The translations under genes and the position numbers were made by a program. 32,000 bases of DNA from Desulfosudis oleivorans Hxd3 (GTDB lineage Bacteria; Desulfobacterota; Desulfobacteria; Desulfobacterales; Desulfosudaceae). Shown in pieces: positions 24,915 to 32,000 of the stretch. Under the pieces are notes generated by a model. It did not search any database and was not told the DNA's origin. It worked only from the letters and a program-made list of their open reading frames with translations. The DNA lies in assembly GCF_000018405.1 (NCBI RefSeq), contig NC_009943.1, forward strand, positions 240,417 to 272,416, given 5' to 3'. Position 1 is the first letter of the stretch. Every line of letters starts with the position of its first letter.

Positions 24915-24982
24915 CCGCATCAACTCGGACTGGGAAAAGCAGCCCCGCTTCGCTATGCTGCTTTTCCCAGCCGGTTATGCGG
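24915..24982. other. Nested inverted repeat / long stem-loop
   Basis: A perfect 14-bp stem, CTGGGAAAAGCAGC (24930-24943) pairing with GCTGCTTTTCCCAG (24957-24970), with a 13-nt loop. It is enclosed by CCGCAT (24915-24920) and ATGCGG (24977-24982). There is no adjacent T-tract, so it is not a canonical intrinsic terminator. Confidence 0.6.
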
Positions 24983-25011
24983 AGCGTTAGGTTTTAAATG
25001 TAAAAGTTAAT

Positions 25012-25036
25012 ATCTGCCCGGACACTTCCGGCAGAT
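25012..25036 (-). terminator. Possible terminator hairpin downstream of the WYL regulator gene
   Basis: ATCTGCCCGG-acactt-CCGGCAGAT (one bulged C). It is followed on the minus strand by an A/T-rich run with TTTT. Confidence 0.35.
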
Positions 25037-25128
25037 GGTAAAGCGCCCCCCGGCCAGTATTTTTATGCCCTGCAATCCAATGTTATTCCTTGCAAGCACC
25101 AACAATTCCGGAGTCGGTAGATCCCACA

Positions 25129-26121
25129 TTATTGATAACGCTTTCGAATATTCTCTGCTGCGACCTTTACCTCCTCCACCAACCAGTCCGGTGAAAGCAC
25201 CTTTACCTCGGCTCCGAAGGACATCACCCACGACACCACCTCCGGTTCGGACGAGGCGGTAAAGGTCAGCACAATCCCATCCCTTTTCTGCTCTATCTTC
25301 TGGTCCGGGCTCAGGCGCCGCTCTTCTGCAAAGGCCGCCGCATACCCGGTCAGCGACACCTCCACCTGGAAGGTCTCCTGCTTGATCACGCCAAAGGCCT
25401 GGTTGAAATGCTTTTCGAAATTGTAGGTTTTCGGAAAAACAAACTTCCGGTCCGTGGGTTCCACCGCCTTCAGCCGGTGCACGGCCAGCAGCGGGTCGAA
25501 CTCAAACTCGGTTTTCTTTGAGCCGGGATACCGGGCCATGCCCGCGTGCAGGTAAAGGGCGTTGTTGTGGGCAAACAGCTTGTAAGGCTTGATGTAAAAG
25601 GTCTTGCCTCTGCTTTCCATGGGGTTCTTATAGGTGATTTTGCACACCGTCTTTTCTTCCATGGCCTTCATCAGCACGCGAATGTCCTGCTGCCGGGGCG
25701 TGTAGTCGATGGTGCCGGGCAGAAAGGCGTCAAACAGGTCCGCGCCCGTGGCGCCGGCGGCCAGGGTGCTGCTTTTCTGAATGGCCCTTTCCGATTCCAT
25801 CAGCAGGTCTTTTCCCAGCAGGTGCCGCGTAAAGGCCAGGCACATCTGAAGCATGACCATTTCCGACGGCGACATGCTCAACGCGCCGGGCAGCTTCTCC
25901 GGCCGCTGAATATGGTAATAGCTTTTCCGGCCATCCTTGGTCTCCTCTATCGGCACATAAGCCCGGCTGATATGGTCCACCATTCGAATCACGGTCTGCT
26001 TGGAGCAATCCATCTCTTTGGCCAGGTCCACCAGGGACCGGCGCCTTCCCGTAAAATAGAGCTCGGCAAACAGCCAGATCAGGTTTTCTCCATAGGTTTT
26101 GTCCGATTTTTTTCTGGGCAT
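25129..26121 (-). CDS. WYL-domain transcriptional regulator (HTH-WYL-C-terminal extension; CapW/BrxR-like architecture)
   Basis: N-terminal HTH RSLVDLAKEMDCSKQTVIRMVDHI. The central WYL-type SH3-like domain is KITYKNPMESRGKTFYIKPYKLFAHNNALYLHA. The C-terminal segment is GAEVKVLSPDWLVEEV. It is divergent from the AAA+ gene. Confidence 0.8.
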   Translation of the reverse strand: MPRKKSDKTYGENLIWLFAELYFTGRRRSLVDLAKEMDCSKQTVIRMVDHISRAYVPIEETKDGRKSYYHIQRPEKLPGALSMSPSEMVMLQMCLAFTRHLLGKDLLMESERAIQKSSTLAAGATGADLFDAFLPGTIDYTPRQQDIRVLMKAMEEKTVCKITYKNPMESRGKTFYIKPYKLFAHNNALYLHAGMARYPGSKKTEFEFDPLLAVHRLKAVEPTDRKFVFPKTYNFEKHFNQAFGVIKQETFQVEVSLTGYAAAFAEERRLSPDQKIEQKRDGIVLTFTASSEPEVVSWVMSFGAEVKVLSPDWLVEEVKVAAENIRKRYQ

Positions 26122-26144
26122 GTCCCCTCCTTATGAAAAACCAT

Positions 26145-26169
26145 TATCATTCCGTTTTATGGAACGATA
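26145..26169. promoter_or_regulatory. Imperfect inverted repeat, candidate operator in the WYL/AAA+ divergent region
   Basis: TATCATTCC-gttttat-GGAACGATA (8 of 9 positions complementary). It is centred in the 130-bp divergent intergenic region. Confidence 0.3.
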
Positions 26170-26251
26170 GCCTGTTACGGTGGGCCTGTCAAGCGAAACG
26201 ACCCCACTTTGAAAGTAGATTTTTTGAAGAACACACTCAGGAGGAAAGACC

Positions 26252-28513
26252 ATGGCAATACCAAAACAGTTTCGACGCAAGCGGAGTATGAATATGGGGA
26301 TGAACCAAGCCTTTTTTTTCTCTCGCCCCCAGGTAGAGGACAAAAACGGACGTTTTGTTGTCAGAAAATGCTGTGACTATATGCTGCGGCTGATGGGAAA
26401 ACGATTCTCTTTAGATGCAGAGACCGTGGAGTTCATTTGCTGGCTGGTCGGTGAACAGCGAAGGGAAATCAGGAAATTCATCCTGACCCGGCTTCCGGAG
26501 GATGAGCAGGAATATTTTGATGAATTCCTCTCCCCGGATACTCATGATGACGGGATGTTTGGTATAACCATTGTGCAAACGCTGCAAATCTCAAAAGACC
26601 GAAGCATCGCCGCCGACTGCTTTCAATTTTTCAGCCAGATTTTGCAGCGCCGGCGAAAAGCACTGGCCGGCAACGGTAATTCCGGCCTGCAAAAAAGCTT
26701 TGATCAACTCCAGTCCATCTTCCGCCTCACAGACCTGGAGACGGAGCTGTGCCTTTTTCTCTTTATAATCAGCGCTTACGATACGCCGGAGAAATTTTTC
26801 GACGACCATCTGCACACAGACAGGTTTCAGGGGCGTGGTTTTCTCTGCACCGCGCTGAACGCATCCAAACATGAAATTAACCAGGCGATTGGCAAGACGC
26901 TGACGGCTGCCGGGCTGGTGGAAATTTCCGGAGGCTTTAAAAGCACCATCCGCTTGACAGATGAAGTACAAAACATCCTTTTTGATCCTGCCTGCGACAT
27001 ACTTCAGAAAACCAATTTAAAAGACGCTAAAAAACAACCGGCGCTTCCCCTGTCTTACCATTTTGTGCCGGAAGCCGATATCAGCCATATTCTTTCTCTG
27101 CTCTGCGGAAAAACCGATACCGCCACTCACATCCTCCTGTATGGCCCGCCAGGTACCGGCAAAACAAGCTTTGCGTATGGCCTTTCCCGCAAGCTGAATG
27201 ATCCGGTATATGAAATCACGCATGACAACTCCCAGGAGAATGACAGCAAAAGCCGACGCCTCTCCCTGACGGTCTCAATCAACAGCATGAACCGGGGCCA
27301 GGGCGCGATTTTTATCGTTGATGAGGCAGATAATCTGCTGAACACGGAACGCCACTGGATGATAAGCGGTGAAGTGCAGGACAAGGGCTGGCTCAATAAG
27401 CTGATGGACAAGCCGGGGCTGCGGATCATCTGGATTGTCAACGCCATCCATTCCATAGAACCGTCTGTAGCGCGCCGCTTTGCCTACAGCCGCCATTTTG
27501 AGCCGTTTACCTGCAAACAGCGGGAACAGCTCTGGGATAATGTGATCCGGAAAAATCGCTGCAAGCGTTTTTTTACCACCGAAGACCTGCGGCAACTGGC
27601 CCGGGAGTTTGATGCCAGCGCCGGTGTCATTGACATGGCCGTAAAAAAAGCAAAAGAAGCCGGCCATGCCGGCCGGGCTCCAATGCTTCAGGCGGTCCGG
27701 CAGGGGATTGAAGCCCACCAGGCCCTGGTCAATGGCGGCCATAAAAAACCCCCCAAAGAAGCAATCGATCACCGGTATTCTCTGGATGGGTTAAACATAT
27801 CCGCCGACATTCGGCAGGTAATGTTCCAGGCGGAACAATTCAGCCGGCACCTTAAAAATACCACCAATATGACCCACTATAATTTCAACCTGCTCCTTCA
27901 TGGACCACCGGGCTCGGGCAAAAGCGAATTTGCCCGCTACCTTGCGCAACACCTGGACCGGGAACTTCATGTTCGCCGCTCCAGCGACATCTTGAGCCCA
28001 TATGTAGGTGTGGCCGAAAAAAATATCCGCCAGTCATTTGACCAGGCCGCTCACCAGGGCGCTATCCTTTTAATTGACGAAGCCGACGCCCTGCTGTTTC
28101 CCCGGGCAAATGCCAGCCGCTCCTGGGAAATCAGCCACACGGCCGAACTGCTCACCGCCATGGAGCGGTTTCGCGGCCTGCTTATCTGCACCACCAACCG
28201 GCTGAACGGAATAGATTCTGCCGCCATCCGGCGATTTAACCATAAAATCAGATTCGACTTTCTCACGCCGGACGGCAGCTGGATCTTTTACAACAAAATG
28301 CTGACACCCCTGGCAAAACTCGCGCCGGATGACCGGAACATCAAGACCGTCAAAAACCTGCGCCGCCTGACCCCCGGTGATTTTAAGATCGTCCGGGACC
28401 GCTTTGCCTTTTATCCGAAAGAAGAGATCACCCATACCATGCTGGTTGACGCCCTGGGGCAGGAAGCCACCGTCAAACAGCAGCAAACAGGAGAAAAGCC
28501 GATTGGCTTTTAA
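26252..28513 (+). CDS. Tandem AAA+ ATPase with an uncharacterised N-terminal region of about 290 aa
   Basis: AGGAGG RBS lies 7 nt upstream. Module 1 has Walker A LLYGPPGTGKT (nt about 27143-27166), Walker B IFIVDEAD and VARRF. Module 2 has Walker A LLHGPPGSGKS (nt about 27902-27925), Walker B ILLIDEAD and the SRH-like TTNRLNGIDSAAIRRF. Confidence 0.85.
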   Translation: MAIPKQFRRKRSMNMGMNQAFFFSRPQVEDKNGRFVVRKCCDYMLRLMGKRFSLDAETVEFICWLVGEQRREIRKFILTRLPEDEQEYFDEFLSPDTHDDGMFGITIVQTLQISKDRSIAADCFQFFSQILQRRRKALAGNGNSGLQKSFDQLQSIFRLTDLETELCLFLFIISAYDTPEKFFDDHLHTDRFQGRGFLCTALNASKHEINQAIGKTLTAAGLVEISGGFKSTIRLTDEVQNILFDPACDILQKTNLKDAKKQPALPLSYHFVPEADISHILSLLCGKTDTATHILLYGPPGTGKTSFAYGLSRKLNDPVYEITHDNSQENDSKSRRLSLTVSINSMNRGQGAIFIVDEADNLLNTERHWMISGEVQDKGWLNKLMDKPGLRIIWIVNAIHSIEPSVARRFAYSRHFEPFTCKQREQLWDNVIRKNRCKRFFTTEDLRQLAREFDASAGVIDMAVKKAKEAGHAGRAPMLQAVRQGIEAHQALVNGGHKKPPKEAIDHRYSLDGLNISADIRQVMFQAEQFSRHLKNTTNMTHYNFNLLLHGPPGSGKSEFARYLAQHLDRELHVRRSSDILSPYVGVAEKNIRQSFDQAAHQGAILLIDEADALLFPRANASRSWEISHTAELLTAMERFRGLLICTTNRLNGIDSAAIRRFNHKIRFDFLTPDGSWIFYNKMLTPLAKLAPDDRNIKTVKNLRRLTPGDFKIVRDRFAFYPKEEITHTMLVDALGQEATVKQQQTGEKPIGF

Positions 28514-28528
28514 TAACAACAAAAAAAA

Positions 28529-28658
28529 CGTCATTGCCAGAAACAACTCCACGTGGCAATCTTCCCGCAGTGAACGTCAATACGAGGAGCGATAGCGACG
28601 AAGCAATCTCCACCGCATTCCCCGTCAATGCGAGGAGCAACGCGACGAAGCAATCTTG
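28529..28658. repeat. Three imperfect direct repeats (period about 47 bp) in the ATPase-nuclease spacer
   Basis: R1 (28575-28611) is CGTCAATACGAGGAGCGATAGCGACGAAGCAATCTCC. R2 (28623-28658) is CGTCAATGCGAGGAGCAACGCGACGAAGCAATCTTG, nearly identical. R0 (28529-28565), CGTCATTGCCAGAAACAACTCCACGTGGCAATCTTCC, is a degenerate third copy sharing CGTCA(A/T)TGC ... GCAATCT. Confidence 0.7.
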
Positions 28659-28678
28659 TTCTTTAAAAGGAAAAAAAC

Positions 28679-30169
28679 ATGCACAATCACACCCCCCGCA
28701 TCTCCAAATCCCAGTACCTTCGTGGCCTGCAGTGCCCCAAGTCCCTTTGGTATTACCGCCACCGCCCGGACCTGGCCCCGGAAACCCCACCCGGCCGCCA
28801 GGCCCTGTTTGACGCCGGCCACGAGGTGGGCGTGCTGGCCCAACAGTATTTTAAAACCGGTATCGAGATCACCGAAGACTACCTGGCAACCGACAAGGCC
28901 ATCTGCTCCACGCAAAAAGCGGTTGCCGATGGCCACATTCATATCTTTGAAGCCACGGCCGCAGCCCCGGATGGCGCGTTCTCCAAAATCGATATCCTGA
29001 AAAAGGTCGGCAAATCCGACGCCTGGGACCTGGTCGAGGTCAAGATGTCCACCGGCGTCAAGGATTACCACGTAGACGACATGGCCCTTCAGCGCCATGC
29101 CTTTACCGGCGCGGGCTACAACATTCGAAAATCGATCCTCATGCACATCAACAACCAATATGTCCGGTCCGGAGACCTGGACCTTTTGGCCCTGTTTACC
29201 CTGGCCGACTGTACAGAGCAAGTCACCTCCCGGCTGGCCGACGTTGACGGCCATGTGGCCCGGCTCCTGGACGTCATCCGGCAACAAAAAGAGCCGGACG
29301 TGGCCCCGGGCGACCACTGCTTTTCCCCCTTTGAATGCGACTATACCGGCCACTGCTGGCCCACCCATCCACCCCGGTCGGTTTACGACCTTTTCCCCAC
29401 TGGCCCGAAGCTTAACGCCCTTCTGGCCCGGGACATCACCCTGATCAGCGAAATCCCCGACGATTTTCGCATGACAAACCGCCAGCAGGTGCTGGTCCAA
29501 GCCTGCAAAACCGGCCAGGTGCAGCTCGACCCGGCCAAAATCCAGAAGTTTCTTTTGTCTTTAAAATACCCGCTCTATTTTCTTGATTATGAAACCATAA
29601 ACAATGCCGTGCCCCTGTTTGACCGCACCCGGCCCTATCAGCAGGTGCCGTTTCAGTTTTCCCTTCATGTTCAAAACGAAAAAAACGGCCCGGTCAACCA
29701 CGTGGAGTTTCTTTCCACCGAAAAAACAGACCCCCGGCCGGCCTTTATTGAAAAACTGATCGCCCACTGCGGCACCAAAGGCTCGGTCATCGTTTACAAC
29801 AAGGCTTTTGAAAAGCGGATCAACGACGAACTGGGCCGGGACTTTCCCCAGTTCAAACCGGCCTTAAACCGCATCTCCACCCGCATGGTCGACCTGCTGG
29901 TGCCCTTCCGCTCCCGCCACCTCTACCACCCGGACATGAACGGCTCAGCCTCATTAAAAAGCGTGCTCCCCGCCTTTGTGCCCCACATGCGCTACGACAC
30001 CCTTGAGATCAGCGACGGCGGCGCCGCAGCCCAGCTCTACTTAAGCTGCCTCAAAGACGCTCTTCCCGCCGAAGAACAGCAGAAAGTTTTTGATAACTTG
30101 CGCGTCTACTGCGGGCAGGACACCCTTGCCGAGGTAAAGCTGCTGGAGGTAATGTACGGGCTGGTGTAA
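28679..30169 (+). CDS. Cas4/RecB-like PD-(D/E)XK nuclease fused to a DUF2779 domain
   Basis: The N-terminus SKSQYLRGLQCPKSLWY is typical of DUF2779 proteins. Nuclease core is FEAT...IDILKK...WDLVEVK. Four Cys (GLQC plus HCFSPFECDYTGHC) resemble a Cas4/AddB-type Fe-S cluster. C-terminal DUF2779 hallmarks are YFLDYET, RPYQQVPFQFSLH, VYNKAFE and SASLKSVLPA. Confidence 0.75.
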   Translation: MHNHTPRISKSQYLRGLQCPKSLWYYRHRPDLAPETPPGRQALFDAGHEVGVLAQQYFKTGIEITEDYLATDKAICSTQKAVADGHIHIFEATAAAPDGAFSKIDILKKVGKSDAWDLVEVKMSTGVKDYHVDDMALQRHAFTGAGYNIRKSILMHINNQYVRSGDLDLLALFTLADCTEQVTSRLADVDGHVARLLDVIRQQKEPDVAPGDHCFSPFECDYTGHCWPTHPPRSVYDLFPTGPKLNALLARDITLISEIPDDFRMTNRQQVLVQACKTGQVQLDPAKIQKFLLSLKYPLYFLDYETINNAVPLFDRTRPYQQVPFQFSLHVQNEKNGPVNHVEFLSTEKTDPRPAFIEKLIAHCGTKGSVIVYNKAFEKRINDELGRDFPQFKPALNRISTRMVDLLVPFRSRHLYHPDMNGSASLKSVLPAFVPHMRYDTLEISDGGAAAQLYLSCLKDALPAEEQQKVFDNLRVYCGQDTLAEVKLLEVMYGLV

Positions 30170-30173
30170 TCTT

Positions 30174-30189
30174 CCGGCTTGCCGGTTTT
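30174..30189 (+). terminator. Weak intrinsic terminator after the DUF2779 gene
   Basis: CCGGC-tt-GCCGG followed by TTTT, 5 nt after the stop codon. The stem is short, so confidence is low. Confidence 0.35.
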
Positions 30190-30436
30190 CCTTGGCCCAT
30201 GCAGCCAGAATGCAAACCGGACTATTTGGAAAATCGTATTTCAATGATCCACTTACGCGCCATAATCGGGTCAAAATATGACCCAAAACCGGGCAGATGC
30301 GCCTGGAACGGTTGCGTCTCCTTGCGCGACCTGGCCCAACTGGTCAATATGGGCATTCTTCAAAAAATCCCGGCGGCGGCCGCAGCACCAGCTAAGACCT
30401 GGTCTGGCCTGGGGGCCCGGGAAAAATTTAGCAACA

Positions 30437-31645
30437 TTAATCATCCAAAAGCATTTCAACTTTTTTACAAGCAATTTTAAATTTCTGGTTTTTGTTCATT
30501 TTGTAATGTTTGAGATATCTTTCTGCCGCAACCTTTATGCTTTTATAGAACCAATCAAAAGCCTTGATCTCATCTCCAGCGTCCCATCCCTTGTTTTGTT
30601 TATATTTTAAGGGATGCGGGCTTTCCAAATATGAAGCTCCATCTGGATCTGGATTCAGCTGCACATAATTTTTAAATACAACATCTCTACGGCTTATTCC
30701 TTTTTCCACCGTGGCCACATAGCCGAACTCCAAACCGACATACTTAATATTGTCATTAAGCTGCAATGAACAAAAAAACCAATAATAGCCGTATATTTCA
30801 TTACTATATTTTTTGACTCTAACTTCATGATCTTCGTCTTTTGTAGCCACTTTAAGTAATTTTTCCAGTGTTTCTTTGGTTACAAACGGCTCAAACACAT
30901 TCAACACTGAAACGACCATCCTTTTCTTGTATCGCACCTCTATCTTTTCTCTAACACTATTACCTAGAAACTCCAGATTGCTATTTATTATCTCAAGCGC
31001 ATATGGTATGCCTCTTGTTATTTTCTCTGTAGTAGCCCTGTTCTGTTGACTTGTTCGGAGAAAAAGACTCTGCAAAAAAAGACCGACCTCTTGCGGCAAA
31101 ATTTGATTGTATATCATGCAACTCTCCTCCAGATATTTTATAAACTCCTGCTGAAACAGTCCTTTGCTTTTGAGGCGACGCAAATTTTTATATAAATCAT
31201 TTATGGTCACTATATCGTATTGCCTGCTCATTTTTGTTTTCAGGGTTTTACAAATCCAATCTTCGGCTGGATATTTTGTGATCAATATAAAGCCAGCATT
31301 CATTGCTAAAGCATACTTAATATAATCATCGAGCTGATCCTCTGATAGCTCGTCTTCCATTTTCACCTCAAATATCAAAAGTGGGTGTTGACTTTCGTCG
31401 AAAACAGTAACATCAGATCTTCTTCTTTCTTTATTATCATTCCAGAGAACCGGAAAGGGAACCTCTAGAATGGTTTTAATCTCTTTTTTGCTATGCGACG
31501 TGTAACATTTAAAAAGGTTCAAAATGTCCTTGTTTTCATCTATTAGTGACTTCAGACAAATAGCCAGGAATCGACCTTCGGGATCTATCCTTTTTTTTTC
31601 AACTATATAGTTTCTAAAAGAGCCGAGTAAGCTACGTTCCCTCAT
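30437..31645 (-). CDS. Hypothetical protein with an N-terminal PD-(D/E)XK nuclease-like motif (402 aa)
   Basis: RRSDVTVFDESQHPLLIFEVKMEDELSEDQLDDYIKY fits D ... (D/E)-x-K followed by Q-x-x-x-Y (EVK codons at about 31361-31369, minus strand). The gene is strongly AT-rich relative to neighbours. The remaining 280 aa or so have no recognised motif. Confidence 0.5.
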   Translation of the reverse strand: MRERSLLGSFRNYIVEKKRIDPEGRFLAICLKSLIDENKDILNLFKCYTSHSKKEIKTILEVPFPVLWNDNKERRRSDVTVFDESQHPLLIFEVKMEDELSEDQLDDYIKYALAMNAGFILITKYPAEDWICKTLKTKMSRQYDIVTINDLYKNLRRLKSKGLFQQEFIKYLEESCMIYNQILPQEVGLFLQSLFLRTSQQNRATTEKITRGIPYALEIINSNLEFLGNSVREKIEVRYKKRMVVSVLNVFEPFVTKETLEKLLKVATKDEDHEVRVKKYSNEIYGYYWFFCSLQLNDNIKYVGLEFGYVATVEKGISRRDVVFKNYVQLNPDPDGASYLESPHPLKYKQNKGWDAGDEIKAFDWFYKSIKVAAERYLKHYKMNKNQKFKIACKKVEMLLDD

Positions 31646-31741
31646 TATAAAATCCTCTATTAGCCGGTAGTGGTTTTGTTTTTCTTATGCGTCTTGTTCT
31701 TTGGGCCTTAAACATAAGGCGCTCGGCACCATCGCTAAGGA

Positions 31742-32000
31742 TTATAATTTTTTTCTGCCGCCGCTCTTATTGGCAATTTCAATCTGGTTTAGTTTTTTTT
31801 CCGCCTCAACGAAGTGTTTTTCCGCCTCGGTCGGTTCCGCTAACTGTCTGACCCTGAACTTTTCGTATTCCTCGTGGGCTTTGCGCAACGCCTCTTCATG
31901 GCTGATTTTTCCGGCGTGGGAAAGCAGATCACGACCGGTCATGGTTAAAAACTGGTGCAGGCGCTCTATCCAATCGGCCATGGTCATGGGGTTGCGGTTC
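31742..32000 (-). CDS. RhuM-family-like protein, C-terminal part (gene continues past the window end)
   Basis: The frame stays open upstream of the listed ATG to the window edge. DWIERLHQFLTMTGRDLLSHAGKISHEEALRKAHEEYEKFRVRQ resembles the conserved C-terminus of RhuM/virulence-protein-family DNA-binding proteins. This is recalled from memory and was not searched. Confidence 0.5.
   Translation of the reverse strand, partial: NRNPMTMADWIERLHQFLTMTGRDLLSHAGKISHEEALRKAHEEYEKFRVRQLAEPTEAEKHFVEAEKKLNQIEIANKSGGRKKL

Noticed and set aside
28529-28658. The possibility that the three direct repeats are a mini CRISPR array.
   Set aside because: There are only three units and one is degenerate. The inter-unit segments are only about 10 nt, far too short for spacers. 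No cas genes occur in the window apart from a Cas4-like fold inside the DUF2779 protein.
28625-29500. The 291-aa minus-strand ORF opposite the DUF2779 gene, and the 105-aa ORF 28473..28790 (-) across the repeat region.
   Set aside because: The first is an antisense artefact of a GC-rich gene. The second is produced by translating the intergenic repeats.
30199-30610. ORFs 30199..30480 (+), 30271..30474 (-) and 30278..30610 (+) in the convergent gap after the DUF2779 gene.
   Set aside because: They mutually overlap and have no motifs or RBS. They run into the well-supported minus-strand 402-aa gene. They may be pseudogene debris, but nothing is identifiable.

Overview
High-GC bacterial chromosomal segment. 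Gene content resembles an anaerobic Deltaproteobacteria-type organism, but that taxonomy is inference only. Positions 1-14.9 kb look like core genome. They hold the 3' part of a radical SAM gene and an operon of a giant PPDK-like phosphotransferase, a long-form GAPDH and an orphan receiver. They also hold a minus-strand lipid/acyl-CoA cluster (SCP2 protein, acyl-CoA synthetase, thiolase) with a divergent TetR regulator, then dinB, a B12-binding-like protein and an NRDE-family protein. A tRNA-Asn(GTT) at 14981-15056, preceded by a decayed tRNA-like copy, marks the switch to an accessory mosaic that runs to the window end. That mosaic contains a truncated GIY-YIG gene, an AbiE-like regulator/nucleotidyltransferase pair, and a lexA-DUF72-imuB-dnaE2 SOS mutagenesis cassette with DUF72 in the usual imuA slot. 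It ends in a nuclease-rich, defence-island-like block. That block has an AT-rich PLD-family nuclease gene, then a WYL regulator divergent from a tandem AAA+ ATPase and a Cas4-like/DUF2779 nuclease. It ends with an AT-rich PD-(D/E)XK-like gene and a partial RhuM-like gene. The best candidate for an undescribed system is the WYL / tandem-AAA+ / DUF2779-nuclease module at 25.1-30.2 kb. The DUF72-containing mutasome cassette is second. All functional calls come from motif recognition in the supplied translations; no database search was possible.
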